From positions 14,839-78,838 of the forward strand of contig CAYNKQ010000003.1 in assembly GCA_964397855.1 (NCBI GenBank): a stretch of 64,000 bases of DNA. Reading direction: 5' to 3'. The stretch's first letter is position 1; the number at the start of each line of letters is the position of its first letter. Below are positions 35,811-46,202 of the stretch, one piece after another. A program made the translations under genes and the position numbers. The notes under the pieces are model-generated. The model ran no database searches. It was not told the origin of the DNA and worked only from the letters and a program-made list of their open reading frames with translations. Source of the DNA: an uncultured Candidatus Saccharibacteria bacterium. Its GTDB lineage: Bacteria; Patescibacteriota; Saccharimonadia; Saccharimonadales; UBA7683.

Positions 35811-37513
35811 TGCGACTCACAAAACTTTTTACAAAAACACTGAAAAATGCACCTGCAGATGAAGTAGCAAAAAGCGCCCAGCTCTTAATCCGTGCAGGCT
35901 ACGTGCACAAAGAAATGGCAGGGGTGTATGTGTTCTTACCTCTAGGGCTTCGAGTGCTCAATAACATCAAGCAGGTTGTTAGAGAAGAAATGAATGCTAT
36001 CGATGGTCAAGAAGTGCAAATGACTGTTTTGCAGCCCAGCGACATTTTTGAAAAAACTGACAGATGGGATGATGCCAAGGTAGATAACTGGTTCAAAACG
36101 AAGCTTGCTAACGGAACAGAACTTGGCATGGGTCTTACGCACGAAGAACCGGCAGTCGATATGCTATCGAGTTACATAAACTCTTATAAAGATCTACCAG
36201 TTCTTGTGTATCAAATTCAAAACAAATTCAGGAATGAACTGCGCGCTAAAAGTGGCATCCTGCGCGGACGCGAGTTTGTGATGAAAGACATGTACAGTTT
36301 TACGCGTAATCAGCAAGAGCACGAAGATATTTATGAAAAAGTTGCAGCGTCTTACCACCGAGTTTATGAGCGTCTTGGGATCGGCGAAGATACATTCCGC
36401 GTTAAAGCTGATGGTGGTATTTTCACAGAACGATTCAGTGATGAATTTCAGACAATCACAGATATTGGCGAAGATACATTATTCCATGTACCAGGTACGG
36501 ATGATTACTATAATGAAGAAGTCGCCCCTGCTTCTGCCCCTGTAATTGACCAGCAAGAAGAATTGCGAGACATGGAAGAAGTTGTAGGTGAGGGAATGAT
36601 TGGTGTCGCTGAACTTGCTAAATTCTTAGACATTCCAGTAGAGAAGACCACAAAAACCATGCTTTACCAGACTGACGATGGGCGAATTATTGCAGCTGCA
36701 GTTCGTGGTGGTTACGATGTGAATGAAATCAAGCTTCGTAAGGCTGTTGATGCAAAGTCACTAAGACTTGCTGATGAAGAGACGGTGCGACGTGTTACAG
36801 GTGCCGAGGTTGGATATGCTGGACTACTCAACTTAGCTGAAGATGTTGAGGTTTTCGTTGATGAATCATGTGCAAACCGGGTTAACTTTGAAATGGGTGC
36901 TAATAATACAAACTGCCACAGCATTAATGTTAACTGGGGTCGCGATATAAAAGAGCCTTCACAGTACTATGACATCAAAGTGGCAAAACCTGGTGATTTT
37001 CACCCTGAATCTGGTGAAAAATATGAAACAAAGAGAGCTGTTGAAGTAGGTAATATCTTCCCATTAGAATCTAAGTATACGGATGCGCTGGGTGTGTACT
37101 ATACAAATGAAAAAAGCGAAAGAGAATCTCTGATTGGCGGCTGTTACGGTATCGGAGTAAGTAGAGTGATGGGTGTAATTGCTGAGCATTTTGCAGACGA
37201 GAAAGGACTGGTTTGGCCAGAAGCTATTGCTCCTGCGCGCGTCTACTTAGCGACTATCGGCGCGGGTGAGGCCGTTGTGAGCGCTGCAGATGCACTATAT
37301 GAAGATCTTCAGGCGAATGGAATAGAAGTGCTCTACGACGATCGTGATGTGCGCCCTGGTGAAAAATTTAGTGATGCGGACCTTATAGGTGTTCCGCACA
37401 GAGTTGTAGTAAGTACAAAGACTATTGAGTCTGGCAACTTTGAGTACAAGTCTCGTACTGATTCGAACACGTCATTTGTGACCCTAGATCAGCTTTTTGA
37501 AATGCTGAAATAG
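35810..37513 (+). CDS. proS: Prolyl-tRNA synthetase
   Basis: 567 aa class II aaRS. FRNELRAKSGILRGREF motif 2 region, and an insertion/editing-like middle domain with an anticodon-binding C-terminus. Confidence 0.93.
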   Translation: MRLTKLFTKTLKNAPADEVAKSAQLLIRAGYVHKEMAGVYVFLPLGLRVLNNIKQVVREEMNAIDGQEVQMTVLQPSDIFEKTDRWDDAKVDNWFKTKLANGTELGMGLTHEEPAVDMLSSYINSYKDLPVLVYQIQNKFRNELRAKSGILRGREFVMKDMYSFTRNQQEHEDIYEKVAASYHRVYERLGIGEDTFRVKADGGIFTERFSDEFQTITDIGEDTLFHVPGTDDYYNEEVAPASAPVIDQQEELRDMEEVVGEGMIGVAELAKFLDIPVEKTTKTMLYQTDDGRIIAAAVRGGYDVNEIKLRKAVDAKSLRLADEETVRRVTGAEVGYAGLLNLAEDVEVFVDESCANRVNFEMGANNTNCHSINVNWGRDIKEPSQYYDIKVAKPGDFHPESGEKYETKRAVEVGNIFPLESKYTDALGVYYTNEKSERESLIGGCYGIGVSRVMGVIAEHFADEKGLVWPEAIAPARVYLATIGAGEAVVSAADALYEDLQANGIEVLYDDRDVRPGEKFSDADLIGVPHRVVVSTKTIESGNFEYKSRTDSNTSFVTLDQLFEMLK

Positions 37514-37718
37514 TAATCAGGGGCACTTTAGAAAATAACATCCATACGCTATATGTAGCGTATGGATTCGTTCACTAACCCAAAATATAGCGAATTTCTC
37601 CGTTTACAAACAAATCTACGCATGATACAATCTGTGCGTAGTATAAATGTAACTACTGTAGATACGTGGTAATGCGTATTTATTTTTTTACCTGGATTCA
37701 GTCAGAAAAGGAAGTGAT

Positions 37719-38174
37719 ATGAAGAAAGAATTTCAACTTACAAAAGAAGGCGTTTTAGAACTTCAGGCCGAACTTGCTCAACTCAAAAGCAAGCTTGTTG
37801 ATGTAATTGAAGCTATCAAGACCGCTCGTGACCAGGGCGACCTGAGCGAGAACGCTGAATATCACGCTGCTAAAGAAGATCAAGAACGTGTAGATACTCG
37901 TATTGCGGAAATTAAGCACATACTTGCGAACGCAGAAGTTGTCTCACGCCGTACCACAACGAGCGTTGGTATTGGTAATAGCGTGACACTTGCCAGTGGC
38001 AAAAAAGACGTTGTGTACCATATTGTTGATTCAGTTGAAGCAGATCCACTTGAAGCCAAAATTTCAGATGAATCTCCAATTGGCAAAGCACTACTTGGGA
38101 AAAAAGTTGGTGATACCGTCGAGATTAAGTTACCGGCTGGTGTAAAATCTTACGAAATCAAACAAATTAGCTAG
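37719..38174 (+). CDS. greA: Transcription elongation factor GreA
   Basis: 151 aa. Coiled-coil N-terminus with DLSENAEYHAAKE and a C-terminal globular domain. Confidence 0.93.
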   Translation: MKKEFQLTKEGVLELQAELAQLKSKLVDVIEAIKTARDQGDLSENAEYHAAKEDQERVDTRIAEIKHILANAEVVSRRTTTSVGIGNSVTLASGKKDVVYHIVDSVEADPLEAKISDESPIGKALLGKKVGDTVEIKLPAGVKSYEIKQIS

Positions 38175-38731
38175 TTATTATTTTTGATAAGCGGTATAAG
38201 CATCATTGAAGCAATGAATAGCAGGGTGCTGTAAAAGAATACCTCGCCGTATAGTTGTACTCGCAGGCCTTCGCCGTAAAATACATGAAAATATCGAACC
38301 GCCGCAATTGAGTAGGCTGCAACAGAAATTCCAGCCGTTGCAAGTAGGCTCGAACGACTTTTTAGCTGGGCTGCTACGAGTAGGGGAATAGTAAACAGCA
38401 CTACAGCTTTACTAGCCATCCCTCGGTCAATGTAAACATTTAGAGCGGCAAACACTATTCCAGATGCTATTAGCGTATATGCGGCTGCGGTGACGCCTTG
38501 TGTAGAACGAATATAGTGTTTCTGGGCAAACCATAGTAGGCAACATACAATTGCAAAAATCGCACCGTAGGTCCACCGTTTGGCAATAACTTCGTGTGTG
38601 TAGAGGTTCCACGAATCGAATACAATTATGGTGGCCCCATACGCAAGGAGTAAGTAGAAGTGTGATCTGGTGACCCGGAGTATTCTATCTCGTAATCCGT
38701 CTTGCACGGTTTGTTTTTTAGTTTTCGCCAT
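38171..38731 (-). CDS. Polytopic membrane protein, unknown function
   Basis: 186 aa with 5-6 hydrophobic helices. Confidence 0.5.
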   Translation of the reverse strand: MAKTKKQTVQDGLRDRILRVTRSHFYLLLAYGATIIVFDSWNLYTHEVIAKRWTYGAIFAIVCCLLWFAQKHYIRSTQGVTAAAYTLIASGIVFAALNVYIDRGMASKAVVLFTIPLLVAAQLKSRSSLLATAGISVAAYSIAAVRYFHVFYGEGLRVQLYGEVFFYSTLLFIASMMLIPLIKNNN

Positions 38732-38820
38732 TGAGTTCCTTTTGTGCTTACTTTTAAGCTAAGTATAGCAGGCTTTTTATGGGGTGGCCTAATCAACGGA
38801 TATGCAGCTTAGTTTAGAAA

Positions 38821-38829
38821 TGGTATAAT
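38821..38829 (+). promoter_or_regulatory. Extended -10 promoter element
   Basis: TGGTATAAT is a perfect TGnTATAAT. Confidence 0.45.
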
Positions 38830-38913
38830 ACCACCTAATGTATAGTATTGAAAAAGCAGTAATAAAGACCAAGCTCCAGTCGTAACGCCTGAAGCATATT
38901 TTTATTACAAAAT

Positions 38914-38951
38914 TCCCCGGCGCTACGACAAGAAAAGCCCGGGGAGTTTTT
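38914..38951 (+). terminator. Terminator-like hairpin with no upstream plus-strand CDS
   Basis: TCCCCGG (38914-38920) pairs with CCGGGGA (38939-38945), followed by G and TTTTT. Confidence 0.5.
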
Positions 38952-38970
38952 AATTCTAGAGGAACATGGT

Positions 38971-39408
38971 GTGACCGAATTTTATAAACCACAGCCACAA
39001 CCAGTATACCGTGAGCAACTAGATGGGACGGTTCCAGAGCAAATACCGATTTCATTTTGGTGCGACACACAAATCAGAGAGGCCATGCTTTACAGCGTTT
39101 CACTAAGTGAGCTAGATATTTTAGAGTTAACCAAGGCGCTAAATCATAATGGCTACACTAAGCTAAAAAGTATTTCAATAAGCCTTCCATTTGATCTGCC
39201 TACGGCCGAAAAAGGGCTTGATGCAAACAACAAAGCGCTGCGAATCTTTGCGTTCGACGCGTATGATGCATTGCAGAAGCATTTTCAGGGGAAGGAATGG
39301 GGGCCGTGGGTAATCGCACCATTTTTCAGGGCGAGTGATGATACCCGAACTTCGTTTGAACTAGGTGTGTTTGTTGGACAAGAATTTACTGAAACAGTGG
39401 TAGAATAG
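38971..39408 (+). CDS. Hypothetical protein
   Basis: 145-aa ORF with a GTG start. No motif. Confidence 0.4.
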   Translation: MTEFYKPQPQPVYREQLDGTVPEQIPISFWCDTQIREAMLYSVSLSELDILELTKALNHNGYTKLKSISISLPFDLPTAEKGLDANNKALRIFAFDAYDALQKHFQGKEWGPWVIAPFFRASDDTRTSFELGVFVGQEFTETVVE

Positions 39409-39415
39409 GAGGCAT

Positions 39416-41716
39416 ATGGCGAATTTAAAAGAACTCAGAGATGAAAGACTACGGAAACTCGGCGAATTAAGAAATCTTGGGATTAACGCGTATCCCGCAA
39501 AAGCAAATCGTACGCACAAAATGGGTGATATTGTGGTCAACTTTGATTCACTAGAAGGTGACGAAGCCACAGTTGCTGGCCGTATTGTGGGCGTGCGTAA
39601 ATTTGGTAAGTTGGCATTTATTGTACTCAAGGATGCCTCAGGTCAGCTCCAGCTATTTCTTAAAGATGGTATCGTTGCACCAACCGATGCACAGAAGAGC
39701 CAAATTGGGCTCGAGCACCTTAACCTGCTCGACACTGGTGATTTTATCGAAGCAACTGGCCCGATAATAAAGAGTAAAACAGGTGAGATCTCTATAGAAG
39801 TACAGTCACTTCGCCTACTTACTAAATCGCTTCGCCCAATGCCAACCGCTCAAGATGGATTTACTAATAAAGAAGAGCGCATGCGCCGTCGATATGTCGA
39901 CATGAATGTGAATGAAGACGTTCGGCAACGGTTTATTCGGCGTTCAGCTTTTTGGCAAGCAACTCGCGAGTTTTTATTGAACAATAATTTTACGGAAATA
40001 AATGTTCCAGTTTTAGAGCACACAACCGGGGGAGCAGACGCGAACCCATTTGTGACTCACATGGACGCACTAGATCAAGATTTCTACCTTCGAATTTCTC
40101 ACGAACTACCTCTTAAAAGACTGCTTGGCGCGGGTTTTGAAAAAGTATTTGATATTGGTCCACGTTTTAGAAACGAAAACTACTCGGACGAGCATCTTCC
40201 AGAGCACATAGCAATGGAGTGGTATTGGGCCTACGCCGACTGGGAAGACGGCATGAAGTTCATGGAAGACATGTTTAAAAAAGTGTTGGAGTCAGCGTTT
40301 GGCACACTTCAGTTTAGCCTTGATGGTAAAGAGATCGATATGAGTAAACCATGGGAAAAATGGGATTATGCTACGGTTATTCGTGACCATTATGGTTTGG
40401 AAGTATTTGACTGCACAATTGATGAGGTTAAGGCTGCTCTAAAAAAACATGGGTTAGAGGTGGAGAAAACTGAAAATATCTCCAGAGGTATCGATAAGTT
40501 ATGGAAGAAGGTTCGCGCAACCGTGGCTGGTCCAGTTTGGCTTATTAATACACCACTTTTCATATCTCCACTGAGCAAAGCTGATGACAAAGACCCACGC
40601 TATGTTCAGCGTTTTCAGGCCGTTATAGCCGGAAGTGAGCTCTGTAACGGATGGAGTGAGCTGAATGATCCAGTTGATCAGCTGGGTAGATTCCTAGAAC
40701 AGCAAAATATGCGAGACAGTGGTGATGACGAAGCCCAAATGCTTGATATTGATTACGTAGAAATGCTCGAATATGGTATGCCGCCAGCTTGTGGCCTCGG
40801 CTTTTCAGAACGCGTTTTCTGGATTTTTGAAGGCGTAACCGCGCGAGAAGGCGTTCCGTTCCCGCAACTTCGTTCAGAGGTTGATGAAACAACCAAGAGC
40901 CTTTATCCAGATGTTAATTTTGAGGCGCCAAAAACAACTAAGAAAGTTGATATCACAAGTCTACCCGTCTCTGCGGCTCAGCAAGGGACAAAAAAGCTCT
41001 ATCTAAGTGATCCTAGTCTACTTAATTTTAACGCTAAAGTTGAATCTCTCGAAGATTTGGGTGAGGGTGAAATTAGAGTAATACTTGACCAGACCAGTTT
41101 TTATCCCGGTGGTGGCGGCCAAGATTTTGATCTTGGTTCAATACAGTGGGAAGGTGGGTCACTCACGCTGAGCAGCGTTTCCAAAACAAAAGAAGGAATA
41201 GTTTGGCACGATGGAACATTTGAAGGAACTGCGCCAGTTATAGGCACGGCAGTAAGCGGCCAAGTCGACAAAGCAAGGAGGCTACTTAATTCCCGTCTGC
41301 ACTGTGCCGGACACCTTATTGATAGATCACTTGAGCTGATTGGAAAGCCATGGCCGTCCGGCAAAGGCGCGCACTACCCCCATATGAGTTTTGTGGAATA
41401 TAGTGGCGACTTTGATTTCGAAGAAGCTGATCAGCTTTCCAGGCAGATTGAAGAGAAACTTTTGGGATTCTCTAATGATGGTGGTGCAATTACAGTAAAA
41501 GAAGTGCCAAGCACTGAAGCTAGAGAACTCAGCAAGTACATTCCCGAGGTAGTTTTACAGTCATATCAGAACGTACATCTTGCCGTGTACCCAGGAGATT
41601 TCTACATCTGTTGCGGAGGTACACATCTCGGTGACGTTTCTGAACTCGGTGAAGTAAAAATTACCAAGATTAAAAAGAAGAACGGCAACATTCGTATAAG
41701 CTACGAATTGGCTTAA
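39416..41716 (+). CDS. lysS: Lysyl-tRNA synthetase (class II) fused to a C-terminal AlaX-like (tRNA_SAD) editing domain
   Basis: The first ~500 aa show an OB-fold anticodon-binding domain plus class II core (FRNE, GLGFSERV). The last ~250 aa carry TSFYPGGGGQ, HCAGHLI and CCGGTHLG, the AlaX / Ala-Thr-RS second-additional-domain Zn motifs. Confidence 0.88.
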   Translation: MANLKELRDERLRKLGELRNLGINAYPAKANRTHKMGDIVVNFDSLEGDEATVAGRIVGVRKFGKLAFIVLKDASGQLQLFLKDGIVAPTDAQKSQIGLEHLNLLDTGDFIEATGPIIKSKTGEISIEVQSLRLLTKSLRPMPTAQDGFTNKEERMRRRYVDMNVNEDVRQRFIRRSAFWQATREFLLNNNFTEINVPVLEHTTGGADANPFVTHMDALDQDFYLRISHELPLKRLLGAGFEKVFDIGPRFRNENYSDEHLPEHIAMEWYWAYADWEDGMKFMEDMFKKVLESAFGTLQFSLDGKEIDMSKPWEKWDYATVIRDHYGLEVFDCTIDEVKAALKKHGLEVEKTENISRGIDKLWKKVRATVAGPVWLINTPLFISPLSKADDKDPRYVQRFQAVIAGSELCNGWSELNDPVDQLGRFLEQQNMRDSGDDEAQMLDIDYVEMLEYGMPPACGLGFSERVFWIFEGVTAREGVPFPQLRSEVDETTKSLYPDVNFEAPKTTKKVDITSLPVSAAQQGTKKLYLSDPSLLNFNAKVESLEDLGEGEIRVILDQTSFYPGGGGQDFDLGSIQWEGGSLTLSSVSKTKEGIVWHDGTFEGTAPVIGTAVSGQVDKARRLLNSRLHCAGHLIDRSLELIGKPWPSGKGAHYPHMSFVEYSGDFDFEEADQLSRQIEEKLLGFSNDGGAITVKEVPSTEARELSKYIPEVVLQSYQNVHLAVYPGDFYICCGGTHLGDVSELGEVKITKIKKKNGNIRISYELA

Positions 41717-41724
41717 GGGGGCGT

Positions 41725-42885
41725 ATGGAATTTAGTAACGAACAAATAACTTCATTTGCAACTGCAAATGGTACGCCACTTTTTGTATATTCAGATCAGA
41801 AATTACGCAGTCAAGCTCAGCAAATGTTAAGTGTTCCTGCTCCATATGGCCTAACTATCCGCTATGCTATGAAAGCTAATCCGAACAAAGGTGTGCTCCA
41901 TGTATTAAAGAACGAAGGCGTTTGGATTGACGCAAGCAGCGGCTATGAGGCTCAGGCGGCAATCGATTTGGGGTTTAAGCCCAACTCGATACTGCTTACA
42001 AGCCAGGAGTTGGCTCATAATCTAGCTGACCTTACTAGTCGGGGGGTTGAATTTAACGCCACTAGTCTTCGACAGCTAGAAGAATATGGAAAGACTAACC
42101 CTGATTCTGACGTGAGCGTCAGAATAAATCCAGGTATTGGGTCGGGTCATTCGGTCAAAACTAACGTGGGCGGTCATACAAGTAGCTTTGGAATTTGGCA
42201 CGAATACACCGAGCAGGTCCATGAGATTTGTAGCCGATATAACCTTAACGTGAAGCGCTTGCATACACATATTGGCTCAGGAACAGATCCAGCGGTGTGG
42301 CAAGAAGCTATTCGAGTAAGCTTAGAAATAATTAAGAATTTTCCAACCGCTACCATTATAAATCTTGGTGGTGGCTTTAAAGTAGCCCGTATGCCCGAAG
42401 AGGTGGGCGCAGATATGGCTGTAATAGGTGAAGCACTCTCTGGTGAGCTGACAAAATTTGCTAATGAAACTGGGCGAAAACTGCATCTTGAGCTTGAGCC
42501 CGGAACGTTTTTAGTGGCAAACGCAGGTACTTTAGTCGCAGAGATAAACGATATTACCGATACTGGCTCCGACGGCTACAGCTTCATTAAGCTCAACACA
42601 GGTATGAACGATATTTTGCGACCAAGTCTGTACGGTGCTCAGCATCCAATAAGAGTAATAAACGACTGTACGGAGGTTGTTGAATATGTTGTGGTTGGTC
42701 ACAACTGCGAAAGTGGTGATCTGCTCACACCAGCTCCTGGTGATGCCGAAGTACTGCGCCCGCGAACGCTACAAAAAGCGGAAGTGGGCGACCTTCTGGT
42801 GATAGGGGGCGTTGGTGCATATTGTAGCTCTATGGCGGCTCATGGGTACAATAGCTTTCCGAGTGCAACTGAAATACTTGTGTAG
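41725..42885 (+). CDS. lysA: Diaminopimelate decarboxylase-like PLP enzyme (Orn/DAP/Arg decarboxylase family 2)
   Basis: YAMKAN (PLP Lys), HTHIGSG, LGGGF, EPGTFLVA and CESGD motifs. Confidence 0.8.
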   Translation: MEFSNEQITSFATANGTPLFVYSDQKLRSQAQQMLSVPAPYGLTIRYAMKANPNKGVLHVLKNEGVWIDASSGYEAQAAIDLGFKPNSILLTSQELAHNLADLTSRGVEFNATSLRQLEEYGKTNPDSDVSVRINPGIGSGHSVKTNVGGHTSSFGIWHEYTEQVHEICSRYNLNVKRLHTHIGSGTDPAVWQEAIRVSLEIIKNFPTATIINLGGGFKVARMPEEVGADMAVIGEALSGELTKFANETGRKLHLELEPGTFLVANAGTLVAEINDITDTGSDGYSFIKLNTGMNDILRPSLYGAQHPIRVINDCTEVVEYVVVGHNCESGDLLTPAPGDAEVLRPRTLQKAEVGDLLVIGGVGAYCSSMAAHGYNSFPSATEILV

Positions 42886-42945
42886 CAATAAAAGCTAACT
42901 TCTCAAAAAAGTAGTATTCACGTAGGCATCACGTGAAGCCTTGTC

Positions 42946-43956
42946 GTGTTTTTATCGAGTGACGAACCAGATCGTTTATGCTTAAATAGTATTAGTGAAA
43001 TAAAACTGGCGAATATCTTGAAGAAAAAATCTAAAAAGACATCATCGAAGTTCTTGAGGCTCGACTACACAACCGCTTTGGTTGTTGGCGCTGCGTGTTT
43101 ATTCATTTTTTCAGTTGGTTTAATTACGTCTTCTAAAGTGCAGAGTAGGGTTGTGATTGAAAATGACCATAAACGTCCACTTGAAATTACAAATCTTCCT
43201 TACTGTAACGGCGAAAAACTTGATTTATTTGTACCCTCAGTCACTAAGCCGGTGCCCCTCGTTATATATATACACGGAGGAGGATGGCAATACGGATCAA
43301 AGGTAGGGGACTCACTTGACTACGTTAAGCCTATGGTTAAGCAAAATTACGCCGTAGCTTCACTTAATTATCGTTTGAGTGGTTCGGCTAAGTTTCCGGC
43401 ACAGATTCAGGATGTCTACTGCGCAGTTCGATTTCTCAGAGAACGAGCACCGCAATATTCGATTGATGGTTCAAAAATAGGACTCGTAGGGGTAAGCGCT
43501 GGCGCGCATCTTGCGGTATTGGCCGCTAACGCGAGTGATCAGGCTGAATTTACAAAAGGTGATTACCCCGAGATCTCAAGCAGCGTCCAATCTGTTGTAA
43601 GTATAAATGGACTACTTGATTTAGACGCCAAAGATCTCTTGCGCGCTTCGACTACCAATATGGGCCTGTTGCTCAACGGCACGTCCTACTCACCGTTTAC
43701 CGCAAGCCCGCGAACCTACCTTACAAAGTCCGCGCCAGCTCAGTTTATAATTTATAGTGCTAACGACAACAAGGTGCCGTCGTCACAGTCGCTTGATTAT
43801 TATACTGCGGCGACAGAGATGGGTGTAAAGACTCGGCTTTTAAAGGTAGACAGCGCCGATCACACACTTAATCCGTATCGTAGCCTTTCAATCAAGCCAA
43901 GTAAGCAGCAGATCATGCAGCAAATTGAAGCGTTCTTTGACGATACACTCCGCTAA
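42946..43956 (+). CDS. Membrane-anchored alpha/beta hydrolase (esterase/lipase-like)
   Basis: HGGGW oxyanion motif, GVSAG nucleophile elbow, C-terminal DH. GTG start uncertain. Confidence 0.78.
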   Translation: MFLSSDEPDRLCLNSISEIKLANILKKKSKKTSSKFLRLDYTTALVVGAACLFIFSVGLITSSKVQSRVVIENDHKRPLEITNLPYCNGEKLDLFVPSVTKPVPLVIYIHGGGWQYGSKVGDSLDYVKPMVKQNYAVASLNYRLSGSAKFPAQIQDVYCAVRFLRERAPQYSIDGSKIGLVGVSAGAHLAVLAANASDQAEFTKGDYPEISSSVQSVVSINGLLDLDAKDLLRASTTNMGLLLNGTSYSPFTASPRTYLTKSAPAQFIIYSANDNKVPSSQSLDYYTAATEMGVKTRLLKVDSADHTLNPYRSLSIKPSKQQIMQQIEAFFDDTLR

Positions 43957-44024
43957 AATCTCGTTTAGTCTGAGGCGCTTAACTAGTTGATATGTGCTAG
44001 TCTATATAGCATAAGGGAGAACAA

Positions 44025-44756
44025 ATGATTGAAGTAAAAAACATCAGTAAGACCTATGGCAAAAAGAAGACGTTGTTTCATGCCTTAAAAGATGTTAATT
44101 TCACTATTCCAAGTGGTGCTAGTGTTGCGATTGTGGGAAAATCTGGTTCAGGTAAGTCTACATTAATGCACGCTATGAGTGGGCTCGACAAACCTCAGGA
44201 CGGACAGATACTTGTGGACGGCATCAATATACTTGAGCTTAAACAGAAACAAGTGGACGCGTTTCGTTCCAATAAAATCGGGTTTATTTTTCAAAGCTTT
44301 TTTGTCCAAGCAAACGAAAGCTGTTTCGATAATGTCAGTCTTCCGCTTGAAATTGGTGGCATACCGCGCTCTAAACGGAAGAAAATGATAGAAATAGCGT
44401 TGAAAGAAGTTGAATTATTAGAAAAAAAGAAAAGTCGTGCACGTGACCTTTCTGGCGGTCAGAAACAGCGACTCGCTGTTGCTCGCGCAATAGTGGGTGA
44501 GCCAGAAATTTTATTTGCAGATGAGCCAACTGGTAACCTGGACTCTGTTACTGGTGCTAAGATTGAAGACCTACTGTTTGGTTATAACAAGAAGAATGGC
44601 GTGACTTTGATTATCGTAACTCACGATAACGACTTGGCTTCAAGGTGTGATATCAGGGTCTTTGTGAAGGATGGTGTTATTGACCGCATTGAAGGCGGCG
44701 CGGGGCGTCGTTCAGCTAAGTCTACAAAGCAAACTCAGATCAAGGATGTAAAATAA
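44025..44756 (+). CDS. ABC transporter ATP-binding protein (MacB/LolD/FtsE-like)
   Basis: Walker A GKSGSGKST, LSGGQKQR, ADEPTGNLD. Confidence 0.92.
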   Translation: MIEVKNISKTYGKKKTLFHALKDVNFTIPSGASVAIVGKSGSGKSTLMHAMSGLDKPQDGQILVDGINILELKQKQVDAFRSNKIGFIFQSFFVQANESCFDNVSLPLEIGGIPRSKRKKMIEIALKEVELLEKKKSRARDLSGGQKQRLAVARAIVGEPEILFADEPTGNLDSVTGAKIEDLLFGYNKKNGVTLIIVTHDNDLASRCDIRVFVKDGVIDRIEGGAGRRSAKSTKQTQIKDVK

Positions 44757-46123
44757 TGAAAACAATAGATATAGTTAGAAGAGCTGGCCGGAGCTTACGA
44801 CACGCAAAAATTCGCACAATTTTAACTGCACTTGCGATCGGAGTCGGAGCATTTACACTCACACTTACGCTGGCTGCAAGTACTGGGGCTAAAACATTTG
44901 TTGAGCAGATTATTAGTGATAATTTTGATCCAGCTGAGTTAATCGTTACAAAAGATGAACAAGTTTTGGGTGGCAGTGACACAAGCAAACCTCGAGAATA
45001 CGATCCAGATTTTGGAGCTTCTGCCAGTAATGCCGGCGCGCTCACCCAAATTAAACGACTAGACCAGTCGGATATTGAAAAACTACGAGCCACCGAAGGT
45101 GTTGAGCTTGTGAGAGAAGGTGTTGCCGTTAATCTCGCCTATATAACAAGACAAGATCAGAAGAAATTTGTCGGAACAATTCAGGCATTTAGTCCATCGC
45201 AAAATCCTGAAACATTAGCCGGAGAAGTACCAAAGAATCTTGCAGAGAAACAAGTACTTCTACCTGAGGGCTTTTTGCAGTCGCTTGGATTCGAAAACGC
45301 CAAAGATGCAATTGGGCAAAAGGTGACCATTGCGGTCAGAAAGGCTATTGACCCTTCGGAAGTGGCTATTTTGTTGAACCAAGGTGCTACTGCTACAGAT
45401 TTACCACGTTTAACCACAGAATCACTGGTTACGGAAGAATTTTCTGTGGTTGCTGTTTTGAAGAAGGCGGTTACTTCTCAGCCTGGAACCGAGCTCTATA
45501 TGTATACAAGTAACACCGAAGCACTGCGTCTGAGTGAAATTAGTACTCGGGGTACTGCCGATTTTCAGAAGTACCCCTCGGTTTACGTAAAGGTAAAAAA
45601 TGGTGATGACGCGGCTAAGCTTGAGGCTGTTCAAGCTAAACTCAAGAGTATGGGCTATTCAACACTTTCTGTTGAAGAGACTCAGAAGTTCTTGCTGCAG
45701 TTTATTAGTGTACTGCAAGGAATTGTTGCTGGATTTGCATTCTTGGCTGTCATTGCCTCTGTTTTTGGGGTTATTAACACCCAGTATATTAGTGTGCTAG
45801 AACGAACTCAGCAAATTGGACTCATGAAAGCACTCGGGATGCGCCGTCGGGACATCTCTCGATTATTCCGTTTTGAGGCAGCGTGGATAGGACTTCTTGG
45901 CGGCGTACTGGGCTCAGGTTTGGCATTTATGCTTGGAACAATTTTGAATCCTTGGATTACTAAAACTATTGAACTTGGTGAGGGCAATAAGCTTTTAATC
46001 TTCCAGCCTACACCGATTATTCTTCTTATCTTAGGGCTCATGTTAGTCGCAATTTTTGCTGGAATTCTCCCGGCCCGAAAGGCCGGTAAGTTGGATCCGG
46101 TTGAAGCACTTCGTACTGAGTAA
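44756..46123 (+). CDS. ABC transporter permease, FtsX/MacB-type
   Basis: An N-terminal TM, a large periplasmic-type domain, and a C-terminal FtsX-like 3-TM bundle ending KLDPVEALRTE. Start overlaps the ATPase stop. Confidence 0.88.
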   Translation: MKTIDIVRRAGRSLRHAKIRTILTALAIGVGAFTLTLTLAASTGAKTFVEQIISDNFDPAELIVTKDEQVLGGSDTSKPREYDPDFGASASNAGALTQIKRLDQSDIEKLRATEGVELVREGVAVNLAYITRQDQKKFVGTIQAFSPSQNPETLAGEVPKNLAEKQVLLPEGFLQSLGFENAKDAIGQKVTIAVRKAIDPSEVAILLNQGATATDLPRLTTESLVTEEFSVVAVLKKAVTSQPGTELYMYTSNTEALRLSEISTRGTADFQKYPSVYVKVKNGDDAAKLEAVQAKLKSMGYSTLSVEETQKFLLQFISVLQGIVAGFAFLAVIASVFGVINTQYISVLERTQQIGLMKALGMRRRDISRLFRFEAAWIGLLGGVLGSGLAFMLGTILNPWITKTIELGEGNKLLIFQPTPIILLILGLMLVAIFAGILPARKAGKLDPVEALRTE

Positions 46124-46202
46124 TTGCGAATTTCTTCCAGCAATTCACTGATATGATCACGCAGCGTGTATACTTAAAAAGCATAAATGTTAAGGGGTAT
46201 AT

